This document shows positions 46,168 through 55,956 of a stretch of DNA of 64,000 nt, piece by piece. This DNA is from Candidatus Kuenenia stuttgartensis. Its GTDB lineage: Bacteria; Planctomycetota; Planctomycetia; Pirellulales; UBA1268. The DNA lies in NCBI GenBank assembly GCA_945870505.1, contig CAMBSN010000004.1, positions 3,538 through 67,537 on the forward strand. Reading direction: 5' to 3'. Below the pieces are notes generated by a model. That model made no database searches. It worked only from the letters and a program-made list of their open reading frames with translations, and was not told the DNA's origin. The position numbers and the translations under genes were made by a program. The stretch's first letter is position 1. The number at the start of each line of letters is the position of its first letter.

Positions 46168-47256
46168 TCAGAGCACCGGTAGCGAGGGCATCGGCGGCTT
46201 GGCGGCCGCGGTGGCCGCAAGATTGCCGATGAGCCGCTCGCAGATCGCCTCGAAGTAAGGCCGCGAGGCGGGGTCATCGAAGTTGGCGGCCGTGCGGCCC
46301 GCGTCGCCGTGTTCGCGGATTGGAATCTGGATTGGCACCTCGCCCAGGAACGGAATGTCGAGCTCCTGGGCCGTCCGCCGGGCGCCACCCGTGCCGAAGA
46401 TGTCGTACCGCTTCTGCGTGTCGGGGCAGACGAAGAAGCTCATGTTTTCCACCATGCCCAGGAGCGGGATGTTGACCTTCCGGAACATGGCGATCGCCTT
46501 GGTGGCGTCGAGCAGGGCCACATCCTGCGGCGTACAGACAACGACCGCGCCCGAGAGCGGCAGGGCCTGCGAGAGCGTGAGGGCCACGTCACCCGTGCCC
46601 GGCGGCATGTCGATCACGAGGTAGTCGAGCGGACCCCAGAGCGTGTCGCGGAGCATCTGCGTGATGGCGCCGTGAAGCATCGGGCCTCGCCAGACGACCG
46701 CCTCGCCCGGCGGCACCATGAACCCCATCGACATCACCGGCATCTGCGACCGGCCCACATCGAGCATCTGCGGCACGATCTTGCCGTTCTCGATCTGCGG
46801 GCGGCCCGAGAGGCCCACGAGGTGCGGCACGCTCGGCCCGTAGACGTCGGCGTCGAGCAGGCCTGTGCGGCTGCCGGCCCGCGCCAGGCCGATGGCGATG
46901 CTGGTGGCGATCGTGCTCTTGCCCACGCCCCCCTTGCCGGAGCCGACGGCGATCACGCTCTTGGCCTCGACGCCGAGTTGGCCGAGTTTGAGCGGTGGCC
47001 GGTCATGCGGGGCGATCGTGACCGAGACCTTCGCAATCTGCGGAAACGCGGTGCGGAGCCGCTCCTCGATCCGCGCTCGCGTGGCGTTCCAGAGGAGGGC
47101 GGAATGCGTGGTGAGCCCGACCGTCACGGCGATCGTCGACGCGTCGGCGACGACCGACACGACCTGACCCATCGCCGTCAGCGGCCGGCCCGTCTCGGGG
47201 TCGGCGATGTCGGCGAGGATCGCGTGGATGGCGGCGGCGGTGGGAGTGGCGGACAT
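46168..47256 (-). CDS. Mrp/NBP35 (ApbC) family Fe-S cluster carrier ATPase with N-terminal DUF59-like domain
   Basis: 362 aa. It has the deviant Walker A AVGSGKGGVGKST and a CxxC motif (FFVCPDTQ). The N-terminal domain is DIADPETGRPL. Its ATG overlaps the nuoN stop in the sequence TGATG. Confidence 0.9.
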   Translation of the reverse strand: MSATPTAAAIHAILADIADPETGRPLTAMGQVVSVVADASTIAVTVGLTTHSALLWNATRARIEERLRTAFPQIAKVSVTIAPHDRPPLKLGQLGVEAKSVIAVGSGKGGVGKSTIATSIAIGLARAGSRTGLLDADVYGPSVPHLVGLSGRPQIENGKIVPQMLDVGRSQMPVMSMGFMVPPGEAVVWRGPMLHGAITQMLRDTLWGPLDYLVIDMPPGTGDVALTLSQALPLSGAVVVCTPQDVALLDATKAIAMFRKVNIPLLGMVENMSFFVCPDTQKRYDIFGTGGARRTAQELDIPFLGEVPIQIPIREHGDAGRTAANFDDPASRPYFEAICERLIGNLAATAAAKPPMPSLPVL

Positions 47257-48893
47257 CAGCGGGCGGCAACCGTGTCGGTGGGGTCGGGCAGGTTCGCGGA
47301 GGGGGCGGCCACGTGCGGCACGAGGCTCTCACCAGCTCGCGAGGCCGCGGAGAGCAGGCTTCGGGGCCGAATCGTCACCAAGCCCACGAGCACAAGGCAC
47401 ACGAGCATGGCAACGCCGGCTGAGAGGCCGCCGTCGGCCTGAACGCCCCGCTTCGTCGTCTTGAAGTACATGGCGGCGATGATGCGGAGATAGTAGGCGG
47501 CTGCGATCGCCGCGTTGAGGACGAGCAGGACGGCGAGACCCACGAACCAGGCCCGGCGGCTGCCAAGCTCGATGGCGGCGGTGCCGTCGACCTCGAGTGC
47601 GGAGATCGCCAACGCAAGCTTGCCCCAGAAGCCAGGCAGTGGCGGGATGCCGGCGAGCGAGAGCAGAAACACCGCGATCGCGAAGGCCGCTACGGGGTTG
47701 GTGCCGGACAGGCCGTCGAGGTCGTCGACCGTGGCGATCTCCTCACGCGGCGGCCGCGGGCCGCTGCCGCTGGTCCACTCGGGCCAGCGATGGCCAAGAT
47801 AGGCGATCGCCCCAAACACCCCGATCGTCGCGATGGCGTACGTGGCGAGATAGAAGAGCGTGGCTGATAGGCCGCCGGTCGTGAGCAGTCGGGGTGAGAT
47901 CGACGGCGCGGCGGCGGCGGCAATGCCGACGAGCAGGTAGCCGGCATGGGCGATCGACGAGCAGGCCAGCAGCCGCCGGAGGTTCGACTGCCAGAGGGCC
48001 ATGACGTTGCCCACGGTCATCGTCACGGCAGCGAGGACGACGACGATACGCCAGAGGAGATCAGGCGAGGCGGCGGGGCCGACGAGGGCGAGCAGCCGTG
48101 CCAGCACGACGATGCCGGCTACCTTGGGAAGCGTCGAGAGAAGGGCAGCGTTCCCGGGACTCGTGCCCTCGTAGACGTCCGGGGCGTAGAAGTGCATTGG
48201 CACGGCGGCCAAGCGGAAGGCGGCGCCGACGACACCCAAGCCGATCGCCAGTGGCAACAGCGCCTGCGCCGTGCGGCCCGTCGCTTCGGCGTTGAGGCGG
48301 GCGGCGATCGCGCCAAGATCGGTGGAGCCGCCGATTCCATAGAGGCAGACAAGGGCGTAGAGGAAGATCGCCGAGGCCACCAGCGATAGAAAGAAATACT
48401 TCAGGCTCGCCTCCTGGCCGCGGGCGTCGGTCCGCTTGAGGCCAAGGAGGATGTAGGTGGGGATCGAGACCAGTTCCAGTCCGGCGAAGAGAAGCACGAG
48501 GTCGCCGGCCACGCCTACGAGCGAAAGCCCCGCGAGCAGGAGCAGAAACGTCCCGGCTTCCTCGCAGGTGCTGCCGCGATGCAGCCCCGGACCGCGGCTT
48601 ACTGCCGCGGCGAACAGGTCTCCAGACTGCACGAGGCAGAGGAGCAGGCCGAGCCCGAGGACCGTCCAGCGGATGTAGGTGGAGAAGGGGTCGACCGAGA
48701 TACCCGCCGAGAAGGCGGCGTCCGCCGCTTGTCCACGGGTGACGCTCATCGCCGCGACGATTCCCGCGGCGGCCACCAGCCAGCCGAACCGCAGGCCGGC
48801 GAAGGCGCCGCCGAGGTAGGCCACGAGCGCCGCGAGCACGAGCACGATCTCGGGGGCCACGAGCGAGAAGGTTTCGAGAGAGGTGACGTTCAT
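47256..48893 (-). CDS. nuoN: NADH-quinone oxidoreductase subunit N
   Basis: 545 aa, polytopic antiporter-like subunit. It is last in the conserved nuo order and overlaps the nuoM stop by 4 nt. Confidence 0.85.
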   Translation of the reverse strand: MNVTSLETFSLVAPEIVLVLAALVAYLGGAFAGLRFGWLVAAAGIVAAMSVTRGQAADAAFSAGISVDPFSTYIRWTVLGLGLLLCLVQSGDLFAAAVSRGPGLHRGSTCEEAGTFLLLLAGLSLVGVAGDLVLLFAGLELVSIPTYILLGLKRTDARGQEASLKYFFLSLVASAIFLYALVCLYGIGGSTDLGAIAARLNAEATGRTAQALLPLAIGLGVVGAAFRLAAVPMHFYAPDVYEGTSPGNAALLSTLPKVAGIVVLARLLALVGPAASPDLLWRIVVVLAAVTMTVGNVMALWQSNLRRLLACSSIAHAGYLLVGIAAAAAPSISPRLLTTGGLSATLFYLATYAIATIGVFGAIAYLGHRWPEWTSGSGPRPPREEIATVDDLDGLSGTNPVAAFAIAVFLLSLAGIPPLPGFWGKLALAISALEVDGTAAIELGSRRAWFVGLAVLLVLNAAIAAAYYLRIIAAMYFKTTKRGVQADGGLSAGVAMLVCLVLVGLVTIRPRSLLSAASRAGESLVPHVAAPSANLPDPTDTVAAR

Positions 48894-50590
48894 GGGGTGG
48901 TGATCCGAGCGACGGTGGCGGTGGTCTCAGCCTGCATCCGGGCGGCGAAGGCGGCCGCGGGGGCGGCGGTGGCCTTGCGGACGGCCGGAGCGGCCGGAGC
49001 GAGGAACGTGGCCGGAGTGAGGCCTATCCAGAACACAAACACCGCAAGCGGCAGGACGGCACAGAGCTCGTACCAGCGGAGATCACAGCGGTCGTGATCC
49101 GTGCCGGCAGCGCCATGCCCACCATGCCCACCATGGCCGGCGTCGTGGCCGTGGCCCGAGGTGCGGGGCGGCTCGCGGGAGCCGCCAAAGATCGCTCGCT
49201 CCACCGCCCAGAGCATGTACCAGGCGCCGAGCACCACGCCCGCCACGGCCAAGAGCGCCATCACGAGGTAGGCAAACTGCCAGGCCGGCGATACGCCCGA
49301 CCAGGCCCGCTGGAAGGATCCCAGGAGAATCATGAACTCGCCCACGAAGCCGTTGAGGCCCGGTAGGCCGATGCTCGAGAAGGTGAAGAGCATGAAGAAC
49401 ACGGCGAGCCACGGCGCCTTCGATGCGATGCCGCCAAGGCTCGCGATGTTTCGCGTGTGGAACCGCTCGTAGATCATGCCGACCAGCGCGAACAGGCCCG
49501 CCGACGAGAGACCATGGTTCACGAGTTGGAGGTTGGCGCCCTCGGTGGCCACCGGCGTGAGGGCGAACAGGCCCATCACGATGTAGCCCATGTGGCTCAC
49601 CGACGAGTAGGCGATCAGCCGCTTGAGGTCGGTCTGCACGAGCGCGACGAGCGCCCCATAGACGATGCCCGCCACGCCCAGGCCGAAGAGCCACGGGGCC
49701 GCGACGGCCGTCGCCTCCGGGAGCATCGGCATCGAGAACCGCAGAAAGCCGTAGATGCCGAGCTTGAGGAGCACGCCGGCGAGATCGACCGAGCCGCCCG
49801 TGGGCGCCTCGACGTGCGCCAGCGGCAGCCAGGTGTGGAGCGGCACGATCGGCACCTTCACCGCGAAGCCGGCGAGCAGGGCGAGGAACACGACCATCTG
49901 GAGCCAGCCGCCGGCGGCCGTCATGGGCAGCGGATGGATCTTCGTGCCATCGACGAGCGACTCGATGTCGAAGGTGACCACATTCGCGTGGGCCGCGTGC
50001 CAGAGCACGATCGTGAGCAGGCCAAGGAAGGTGAGCACGCTGCCGGTGAGCGTGTAAATGAAGAACTTCACGGCTGCCCTGCGGCGCTCGTCGTGGCCCC
50101 AGATGCCGATCAGGAAGAAGAGCGGCACGAGCGTGAATTCGAAGAACACGTAGAACAGGATCACGTCGCGGGCCGCAAACACCCCGAGCATCGCCGCCTC
50201 GAGCACGAGCAGCAGGACGTAGAACCCGACCGGCCGATCCTTGATGGCATCCCAGCTGACGAACACCGCCGTGACCGAGAGCAGCGCGGCGAGGCCGAAC
50301 ATCCAGAGCGAGAGGCCGTCGAGGCCGAGCGAAAACCGGACGTCGAAGATTCCCTCCGTGAGCCAGGGAAACTCGACGAGCCCGTAGGGCAGACCCGACG
50401 CCGTGGCGGGATCAGCCAGGTAACGGACGATGAGCCAGGCGGCCAGTGCGAGCGTGACGAGCGTCGTGACCGCCGCGCTCTGCCGCACCGCGGACACGCC
50501 GCGGGAGCCGATGAGCCAGGCGATGACGGCACCGACGAGCGGGGCTGCGATCGTGAGGAGCAGGTGCGACGAGGGGCTGAAGCCGTTCAT
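48890..50590 (-). CDS. nuoM: NADH-quinone oxidoreductase subunit M
   Basis: 566 aa from the ATG at 50590. It is an antiporter-like subunit (WLPLAHVEAPTGGSV, LKRLIAYSSVSHMG). The upstream 167 ORF codons are Arg-rich and overlap nuoL. Confidence 0.88.
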   Translation of the reverse strand: MNGFSPSSHLLLTIAAPLVGAVIAWLIGSRGVSAVRQSAAVTTLVTLALAAWLIVRYLADPATASGLPYGLVEFPWLTEGIFDVRFSLGLDGLSLWMFGLAALLSVTAVFVSWDAIKDRPVGFYVLLLVLEAAMLGVFAARDVILFYVFFEFTLVPLFFLIGIWGHDERRRAAVKFFIYTLTGSVLTFLGLLTIVLWHAAHANVVTFDIESLVDGTKIHPLPMTAAGGWLQMVVFLALLAGFAVKVPIVPLHTWLPLAHVEAPTGGSVDLAGVLLKLGIYGFLRFSMPMLPEATAVAAPWLFGLGVAGIVYGALVALVQTDLKRLIAYSSVSHMGYIVMGLFALTPVATEGANLQLVNHGLSSAGLFALVGMIYERFHTRNIASLGGIASKAPWLAVFFMLFTFSSIGLPGLNGFVGEFMILLGSFQRAWSGVSPAWQFAYLVMALLAVAGVVLGAWYMLWAVERAIFGGSREPPRTSGHGHDAGHGGHGGHGAAGTDHDRCDLRWYELCAVLPLAVFVFWIGLTPATFLAPAAPAVRKATAAPAAAFAARMQAETTATVARITTP

Positions 50591-50610
50591 GCGTGTGTGC
50601 GGAGTTCCTT

Positions 50611-52821
50611 CTAGCCCATGGCCCGAGCGACGAGGGCGAGCACGATCAGGAGCGTGCCGATCACGCCGGCCAGGGCATATCGCTGCACGAGCCCCGACTG
50701 GAGATGGCGAACGACGGCGCCGAGACCGGCCGGAACACGGGCGATGGCATCGACGAGCCCGTCGATCACGTGGCGATCGACCAGCGCGGCGAGCGTGGCG
50801 ATCAGTTCCAGCGGCTTGACGATCAGGGCGGAGTAGATCTGGTCGAAGAAGAACCGGTTGGCGAACAGCGTCTCGAGCGGCCCGAGGAAACGCTCCATCT
50901 GCGGCCCGTCGCTTCGCCGGCCGAGGTGTCCCAGGGCTGCAACCACGATGCCGATGGCCGCGGCGAGCGTGCCCTGGATGGCCAGGTCCCAGTGGAAGGC
51001 GGGCGGCGTGGCGGTCGAGGCGACGCTGGGAGCGGTGAACGAGGGTGTCGAGGCGAGGAAGGAGGCCAGCGAGTGGGTGCTGAACAGCCACCAGCCGCTC
51101 ACGGCTGAGAGGGCCGCGAGGATCACCAGCGGAATCGTCATCGAAGGTGGCGACTCGTGGGCGTGGTGACCCGCTTCCTCGGGCACCCGCGTCGGCCCGG
51201 TGAACGTCATGAACACGGCGCGAAAGGTGTAGCAGGCGGTGAGTGCCGCGGTGACCAGCGACATCCAGAAGAGGAGCCGCCAGGTGGCGGGGGTGTTGAG
51301 TCCATCGAGGGCCGAGCCCCGCGTGCCGCCGGCGAGCTGGGCCGCATCGGGCGTGACACTCGCCACATAAAAGGCCAGGTGGAAGGTCGCCGCGGTCGCC
51401 GCGTGGCCGCCCGTGGGGGCAGCCTCGTGGTGCTCGCCGTGGGCGTCGGGCCAGCCGCGGGAGTGAAGCGACGCGAGGATCTCGTCCTTGCTGAAGAAGC
51501 CGGCGAAGGGAGCCACACCCGCCAGCGCCAGCGACCCGATCAGGAACGTGGTCGCGGTGATCGGCATGATCCGCCGGAGCCCGCCAAACCGCCGCATGTC
51601 GATCACGCCCCCCATGGAGTGCATCACCGACCCGGCGCCCATGAAGAGCAGCGCCTTGAAGAAGGCGTGGGTGACCAGGTGGAAGATCGCAGCGGTGAAG
51701 CCGAGTAGCGTGCCGGTGCCGAGGCTCGCGAACATGTAGCCGAGCTGGCTGATCGTCGAGTAGGCGAGCACCCGTTTGAGGTCATTCTGCACCGTGCCGA
51801 TCAACGCGGCGACGAGTGCCGTGGTGGCGCCCACGATCGACACGAGCGTGAGGGCTCCGGGACAGGCCTCGAAGAGCGGGGCGGTGCGGGCCACGAGGTA
51901 GATGCCAGCGGTCACCATCGTGGCGGCGTGGATGAGTGAACTGGCCGGAGTGGGGCCTTCCATCGCATCCGGGAGCCAGACGTGCAGGGGCAACTGGGCG
52001 CTCTTGCCGCAGGCTGCCAAGAGGAACAAGAGGCAGATGGCCGTGCCGACGGCACCGCCCACGTAGGCGGAGGCGTCGGCGAGCCGCGTCGCCCCAAGGA
52101 TGCCGGGCACCAGCGTGCCGTCGGCGAGGGTGGTGTCGTGGAAGTTGAGCGTGCCGTAGGTCATCCAGAGCAGGAAGGTAGCCACCGCCAGGCCGAAGTC
52201 GCCGATGCGGTTGACGAGAAACGCCTTCTTCGCGGCCTTTGCCGCCTCGGGCTTCGTGAACCAGAAGCCGATCAGGAGGTAGCTGCAGGCGCCCACTGCC
52301 TCCCAGAAGACGTAGACGAGCAGGAAATTGCTCGCCATCACGAGCATCGACATCGAGAACACGAACGCCGACACCAGCGCGAAGAAACGCGGGTAGCCAG
52401 GGTCGTTGTGCATGTAGCCGATCGAATAGATCGCCACGAGCAGGCCGACGCCGGTGATGATCACCAGCAGCGTGGCGGTGAGCGGGTCGAGCCGCAGGGC
52501 CACTGGGATCGAGAACGACCGTGCCGCGGAACCCGCGTCGCCGGTCGCAGCGGCGTCGCCAACCGCCGCCCACTCCCAGAGCGTCGTGACCATCTCCACG
52601 GGCTTTGCCGCGTGGTCGGGGCTGGTCGTGCCGACGCCGACCTCTCGGGCCATGCCCATGAGCAGTACCACCGCGACCACAAACGCCGCAGCGATGCCGG
52701 CGATCGTCGGCAGATGAGCGCGCTGGCCGAGCACGCGGCCGAGGGCTACCGTGAGGATCGCTCCCACGAGGGGCAGGAGCGGCACGAGCACGAGGAGCGT
52801 CGAGGGAGAAAGGTCGTTCAT
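50611..52821 (-). CDS. nuoL: NADH-quinone oxidoreductase subunit L
   Basis: 736 aa. WLPDAMEGPTPASSLIHAATMVTAG and LKRVLAYSTISQLG are present, plus a long C-terminal amphipathic helix region. Confidence 0.9.
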   Translation of the reverse strand: MNDLSPSTLLVLVPLLPLVGAILTVALGRVLGQRAHLPTIAGIAAAFVVAVVLLMGMAREVGVGTTSPDHAAKPVEMVTTLWEWAAVGDAAATGDAGSAARSFSIPVALRLDPLTATLLVIITGVGLLVAIYSIGYMHNDPGYPRFFALVSAFVFSMSMLVMASNFLLVYVFWEAVGACSYLLIGFWFTKPEAAKAAKKAFLVNRIGDFGLAVATFLLWMTYGTLNFHDTTLADGTLVPGILGATRLADASAYVGGAVGTAICLLFLLAACGKSAQLPLHVWLPDAMEGPTPASSLIHAATMVTAGIYLVARTAPLFEACPGALTLVSIVGATTALVAALIGTVQNDLKRVLAYSTISQLGYMFASLGTGTLLGFTAAIFHLVTHAFFKALLFMGAGSVMHSMGGVIDMRRFGGLRRIMPITATTFLIGSLALAGVAPFAGFFSKDEILASLHSRGWPDAHGEHHEAAPTGGHAATAATFHLAFYVASVTPDAAQLAGGTRGSALDGLNTPATWRLLFWMSLVTAALTACYTFRAVFMTFTGPTRVPEEAGHHAHESPPSMTIPLVILAALSAVSGWWLFSTHSLASFLASTPSFTAPSVASTATPPAFHWDLAIQGTLAAAIGIVVAALGHLGRRSDGPQMERFLGPLETLFANRFFFDQIYSALIVKPLELIATLAALVDRHVIDGLVDAIARVPAGLGAVVRHLQSGLVQRYALAGVIGTLLIVLALVARAMG

Positions 52822-52845
52822 GACGGAGGCGGAGGGGGCGGTGGG

Positions 52846-53310
52846 TCAGACGTGCTCGCGCTCGAGGGCAGCGTCTTCGTCGGCGGCCGGCTCGATGCCG
52901 GCGGGGGCGAGCTTCGGGAACTTCAGCGGCACGGTGTCGATCGCGGGCAACTCGTGGTCGATCGTCCGGGACAGGTTCGACTCACGGAGCGACTGCCAGG
53001 CCGCCGAGTCGAGCCGGCCAGTTCGGGCGAAGGCCTGGAGCACGAAGACGAGCGCCACGGCAGCCTCGCAGGCGGCCACCGTCAGCACAAAGATCACAAG
53101 GACGTGGCCTCCCCAGTCGCCGTGGTGACGGCTCCAGGAGACGAGGCTCACCGAAATGCCCTGGAGCATCAGTTCCGCGCAGAGGAACATCACGATCAGG
53201 TTGCGACGGGCGAGGATGCCGACCAAGCCGAGCGCGAACAAAATCGCGCCCACGACGAGCCCGTCGAGGACCAGCGGCGATGGTGCGACGACGTCCGCAA
53301 GCAGGATCAC
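52846..53310 (-). CDS. nuoK: NADH-quinone oxidoreductase subunit K with ~45-aa hydrophilic C-terminal extension
   Basis: 154 aa. The core is GLVGILARRNLIVMFLCAELMLQGISV...TVAACEAAVALV. Position in the operon agrees. Confidence 0.85.
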   Translation of the reverse strand: MILLADVVAPSPLVLDGLVVGAILFALGLVGILARRNLIVMFLCAELMLQGISVSLVSWSRHHGDWGGHVLVIFVLTVAACEAAVALVFVLQAFARTGRLDSAAWQSLRESNLSRTIDHELPAIDTVPLKFPKLAPAGIEPAADEDAALEREHV

Positions 53311-54128
53311 GGCATGGCCCTCCGGGCGGCAGCGGATTCGGCATCGGCTGCGCCCCGGGAGACGATCGCGATCGAGCCGATGAGGGCGACGAGCAGGAGC
53401 ACGCCCGCGACCTCGACCGCGAGGAGATGGCGGCCAAAGAGTTCGCCGCCTAGCCGGGCGACATGGTTGTCGGCCAGCATATCGATGCCAGATGCGGCTG
53501 CGGTTGCAGGCTCGGCAGCCGCCGAATCAGCGAGCAGCGCCGCCTTCGTGCCGCCCATCAGGCAGCAGGCAGGGGGCTCGGCCGTGAGGCGGCCGATCGA
53601 CAGGGAGAGAATGCCGAGGAGCACGGCGCCTGCCACCGCGGCGAGCAGTGGTTCGTTCGAAACCCGGTCGTAGGGAGCGAGGCCGGCGGGCTGGGCGAGC
53701 ATCAGCACGAATAGGAACATCACCAGGATCGCGCCGGCATAGACCACGATCGTGGCCACGCCAAGAAACTGACCGCCGAGGACGAGCAGCACGCCGGAGA
53801 CGCCCGCGAGTGCCATCGCGAACCAGATCGCCGCATAGACCGGCGACCGGGAGACGACCGTTGCCGCTCCTGAGATCACGGCCACGAGGGCCACGGTGAG
53901 GAACACGGCCTCCTCGCCGACGCTGCCGAGGCGGTGACCAGTGGCGATGAAACCGGCGAGAGCGACGATCCCGAGCAGCCAGCCCAGCCAGCGGGCAGTC
54001 CGGTCCGCGGCGCCACTCCGGCCGCCGGGTAGGAGCAGCCAGAGGCTCGCCGCGGTGGCGGTGACACCGCCGGCGAGCAGCGTGCCCGGCGAGATCGACG
54101 GCAGGATCGAGGCGATCACGGCGTGCAC
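53307..54128 (-). CDS. nuoJ: NADH-quinone oxidoreductase subunit J
   Basis: About 273 aa from a GTG at 54128 (alternative GTG at 54119), next to the nuoI stop. The protein is hydrophobic, and its operon position is between nuoI and nuoK. Confidence 0.75.
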   Translation of the reverse strand: MHAVIASILPSISPGTLLAGGVTATAASLWLLLPGGRSGAADRTARWLGWLLGIVALAGFIATGHRLGSVGEEAVFLTVALVAVISGAATVVSRSPVYAAIWFAMALAGVSGVLLVLGGQFLGVATIVVYAGAILVMFLFVLMLAQPAGLAPYDRVSNEPLLAAVAGAVLLGILSLSIGRLTAEPPACCLMGGTKAALLADSAAAEPATAAASGIDMLADNHVARLGGELFGRHLLAVEVAGVLLLVALIGSIAIVSRGAADAESAAARRAMP

Positions 54129-54649
54129 CCCATGGAGGCGGACTTCATCGGCTCGGCGTCCTTCGTCATGTCGTAGACGCTGAGCAACTTCTCCTTGTCG
54201 AAGATCATCTCCTCGCGGCTCTTGCCAGTGAGGTCGAGGAGGCTCGTCAGCTCGATCGCATCGACAGGGCAGGCCTCCTCGCACATGCCGCAGAAGATGC
54301 AGCGGAGTTCGTCGATATGGAAGCTCTCGGGATACTTCTCACGGTCGGGCCAGGGGCTCTCGGCGGCCACGATGTCGATGCAGTGGGCGGGGCAGGCGGT
54401 GGCGCAGAGGAAGCAGGCCACGCACTTCACTCGGCCTTCCGGATCACGGTTGAGCCGATGGACACCGCGGTAGATCAGTGGGTTGCCCACCTTCGGCCGT
54501 TGTTCCGGGAAGCTGACCGTGACCTTCGGGCTGACCAGGTGGCGGGCCGTCGTGGAGAGGCCGCTCACGAACAGGGGCAGGTAAAGCCGCTCGGCGAGGC
54601 CGAGGGGCTTTTCTTCGAGCCAGGTGATCGACGGGTCGCTGGGCTTCAT
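54116..54649 (-). CDS. nuoI: NADH-quinone oxidoreductase subunit I (2x[4Fe-4S])
   Basis: 177 aa from the ATG at 54649. Two ferredoxin motifs are present, CVACFLCATACP and CIFCGMCEEACP. Confidence 0.9.
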   Translation of the reverse strand: MKPSDPSITWLEEKPLGLAERLYLPLFVSGLSTTARHLVSPKVTVSFPEQRPKVGNPLIYRGVHRLNRDPEGRVKCVACFLCATACPAHCIDIVAAESPWPDREKYPESFHIDELRCIFCGMCEEACPVDAIELTSLLDLTGKSREEMIFDKEKLLSVYDMTKDAEPMKSASMGCTP

Positions 54650-54653
54650 GGAA

Positions 54654-55922
54654 TCAGGCCTCCACCAGATCGTGCGGCCGCGACCCAAGCACGTGCTCCG
54701 CGTCGAGCGGACCGGCCGTGCGGATCGGGGTGTTGTCGGTACCCGAGGGCGTCAGCAGCCCGGCAGCGATCCAGCCGAGGAAGAATACCGCCCACGGCAC
54801 GGCGATCGCCGCAGCCTTGGCCCAGCCCTCGCCGAGCGCCGTCACCAGCTGCGGCCGAAACTCTTCGACGGCGGCCACGGTGACGAGATTCGCCAGGCCG
54901 AGCGGCAGCATCACCTTCCAGGCCAGATTCATCAGCTGATCGAAGCGGAATCGCGGCCAGCTCCAGCGGACGAGCATGAAGAAGAGGATCACCCCGAAAA
55001 TCTTGGCCGAGAGAACCGCGAAGCGGATCAGGGCGACCAACCATGTCTCGACCGGACCAGAGCCGGTGACGCCCCAGAGGTGCCAGCCACCGAGAAACAT
55101 GATCACGATCAGGAAGGCCGCCGTCACCATGTGAAGAAACTCGGACACGAGGAAGAGCAGGAGTTTGATGCCCGAATACTCGGTGTGATAGCCACCAACG
55201 AGTTCCTGTTCGGCCTCGGGAAGGTCGAACGGTAGTCGCGCCGCCTCGGCGAAGCTCGCGATCAGGAAGACGACAAACCCGAGCGGCTGGGCGAAGGCGT
55301 ACCACACGCCGCTCGATGCCTGGGCGTTCATGATCGCGTCGAGCTTGAGTGAGCCGGCGGCGAGCACCACGCCTAGGAGGCCGAGGCCGAGCGGGATCTC
55401 ATAGGCGACGAGTTGGGCGCTGGAGCGCAGGCCGCCAAGGAAGCCGTACTTATTGTTGCTCGCCCAGCCGCCCAGGAGCACGCCGTAGACGGCGATGCTC
55501 GACAGCGCAAACACCCAGAGCACGCCGACGTCGAGGCCCGGGGCCACGAGCAGCGGCTCTTCGCCCGTGAGGCCCAGGGCGGGGATCGGTGGCAGCGAAC
55601 TTCCGAAGGGGATCGCAGCGAAGATGGCAAGTGACGCAGCGAGGAGCACAAGCGGCGCTGCGACGTAGAGCACCTTGTCGACGTGCTTCGGCGTGAAGTC
55701 CTCCTTGAGGATGATCTTCAGGCCGTCGGCGAGCGGCTGGCCCAGGCCGAAGAGCCGGATCTTCGTGAGCGGGATGCCGACGCGGTTGGGACCCTTGCGG
55801 TCCTGGACCCAGGCGGCCATCCACCGCTCGACGAGCACGAGGTAGGCTGCGGCCGTCATCAGGCCGCCGACAAGCAGGCCGATCTTCACCAGCGCGACGA
55901 TCGTGGGGAGTGAGGGGAGCAT
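54654..55922 (-). CDS. nuoH: NADH-quinone oxidoreductase subunit H
   Basis: 422 aa from the ATG at 55922. ERWMAAWVQDRKGPNRVG, FAEAARLPFDLPEAEQELVGGYHTEYSG. Confidence 0.9.
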   Translation of the reverse strand: MLPSLPTIVALVKIGLLVGGLMTAAAYLVLVERWMAAWVQDRKGPNRVGIPLTKIRLFGLGQPLADGLKIILKEDFTPKHVDKVLYVAAPLVLLAASLAIFAAIPFGSSLPPIPALGLTGEEPLLVAPGLDVGVLWVFALSSIAVYGVLLGGWASNNKYGFLGGLRSSAQLVAYEIPLGLGLLGVVLAAGSLKLDAIMNAQASSGVWYAFAQPLGFVVFLIASFAEAARLPFDLPEAEQELVGGYHTEYSGIKLLLFLVSEFLHMVTAAFLIVIMFLGGWHLWGVTGSGPVETWLVALIRFAVLSAKIFGVILFFMLVRWSWPRFRFDQLMNLAWKVMLPLGLANLVTVAAVEEFRPQLVTALGEGWAKAAAIAVPWAVFFLGWIAAGLLTPSGTDNTPIRTAGPLDAEHVLGSRPHDLVEA

Positions 55923-55956
55923 GGTGGATGGAGTGAAAATAGCGGCTGCCACCTTG

